Source of the DNA: Carcharhinus amblyrhynchos
Taxonomy: Eukaryota
Length of the DNA stretch: 64,000 nucleotides
Direction of reading: 5' to 3'
NCBI GenBank assembly: GCA_965287045.1
Contig: OZ336873.1
Span: 90,830,001-90,894,000, forward strand
The notes beneath the pieces are model-generated. The model made no database searches, was not told where the DNA came from, and saw only the letters and a list, made by a program, of their open reading frames with translations. The position numbers and the translations under genes are program-made. Each line of letters opens with the position of its first letter. The stretch's first letter is position 1. Below, in pieces: positions 62,788 through 64,000 of the stretch.

Positions 62788-63219
62788 CCTCAACTCACCA
62801 ATGAAGCTGGCTGAAGACTGCTCAGAGCACCATTGCATGGGCAGCCCAATCATCCAGTTAATTGGCTGGCACTGTCCCATGGACCCTGTCTGGCCATGCT
62901 CCCCAAGTAGCCAGGGGCTTCAATGGTCTCTGATTCCCACTGGCGTGGCCATCACGTCTGGTGTCTGCTGATGAAGACCAGCTGTGACTCTCGCCAGTGT
63001 GAGGGCCAACTAGTAAAGAGATAAGTACAAGTGAGCTCAGATGGTGCCATTTGAGATTCGCTAATGAAATGGTAATCATGTCATTAATATTTAAATTGGC
63101 TTTGTGCCCTTTCTGGGAGTAAAGCCGATTTCAGTGGCAAAATAGGGCCAGTATGATTGCATGAACCCAAGTATTTGCATCTCAAGCAATCTTACCAGCT
63201 TGTCGCACTGGTCACACCC

Positions 63220-63792
63220 TTAGAATTTGATCCTTTGTACTTGATTCTGGGTCTTGTAGACAAAAAGATAATTAACTCCTATGAGAAAAGGCTGTGCAAT
63301 GTCCTAATGTATGTTCTGGATTTGCAATAAGTTCCCTTCTGTTCAGAATTGGCATAAAATTATTATGGCATGTATCCCAATGGAATTACTAACCTGTATA
63401 ATCCGATCCAAATCAGACGCATCCTGGAAGGTGTGGGTCCCCTATCTCAAATTTACAGGTTCCATAACATCTGACTTACTCTCGGGAGGCTTTTTCTGGA
63501 CAATGTAGCAGTGCCTCTAATATGTCGTACGTGAAGGTGTGCACCATTAGCCATGTTTTCATGGCTTTATTCTCTTTTTCTTCATCCTGTTATTTGTCCT
63601 CTCTTTTTTTTGTGTATATATATAAAATCAATGGGTACACTGAACATATTGAACCAACTGCATTGGTTTGCCTCTGTCTTTTTCTGTAATTATATGGGGA
63701 GAAATGATCAAGCTGTCCTGCACCAGCTTTGAGAGTATGTTCCATTATTTGTAAAAATGAAAAACACTAATAAAAACGTATTTTTAAAAATT
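63220..63792 (+). mobile_element. L1-like LINE 3' end
   Basis: PSVQNWHKIIM..IPMELL..WKVWVPYL resembles the fish L1 ORF2 C-terminus; T-rich 3'UTR, AATAAA and A-rich tail. Confidence 0.6.
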
Positions 63793-64000
63793 AATAAATT
63801 ATTTGCCTGTAAAAAGTGAAGAATGAAGGTGATTTAAGGAAATTTCTCTCTCCAGAAAACACCAGTGTATGCAACAGTGGATAATAGGTACAGTGGGCAG
63901 GATTTTTTTGGATGTTGGGGCTCCTGTGCTGCCACCTGAAGTGTAGGGATCACTGCAGCCCCACGGCAATTTAACACTTTGAGGTTTGGGATGGGATTTC

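Noticed and set aside
1-64000. CRISPR array, operons or prokaryotic/viral defence systems
   Set aside because: No regularly spaced repeats or dense gene structure; the sequence is vertebrate DNA, and the remaining short ORFs are transposon fragments or noise

Overview
Repeat-dense vertebrate genomic DNA, almost certainly from an elasmobranch (shark), judged from HE1-like V-SINEs, abundant CR1 LINEs and a DeuSINE. The only intact host gene is a minus-strand P2Y nucleotide receptor (P2RY4-like GPCR, single coding exon about 17447-18589). Candidate non-coding 5' exons lie at 19171-19668 and 38257-38425, with a TATA/Inr promoter candidate at about 38.4 kb. The rest is nested, decayed mobile DNA: three Gypsy LTR relics, CR1, L2, L1 and Vingi LINEs, Penelope-like elements, PIF/Harbinger relics and MITEs, SINEs, solo LTRs and a split 5S rRNA pseudogene. 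The most notable observations are: (1) an apparently intact minimal hammerhead ribozyme in a ~135-bp Penelope-derived insert just 3' of P2RY4, plus four decayed copies hit at the same catalytic CpG; (2) fold-back inversions at most Penelope insertions; (3) an exact 243-bp local duplication inside a putative 5'UTR exon; (4) a candidate first exon whose three uATGs are all start-stop or two-codon uORFs. All calls are by eye and no searches were run. There is no prokaryotic content and no CRISPR array.
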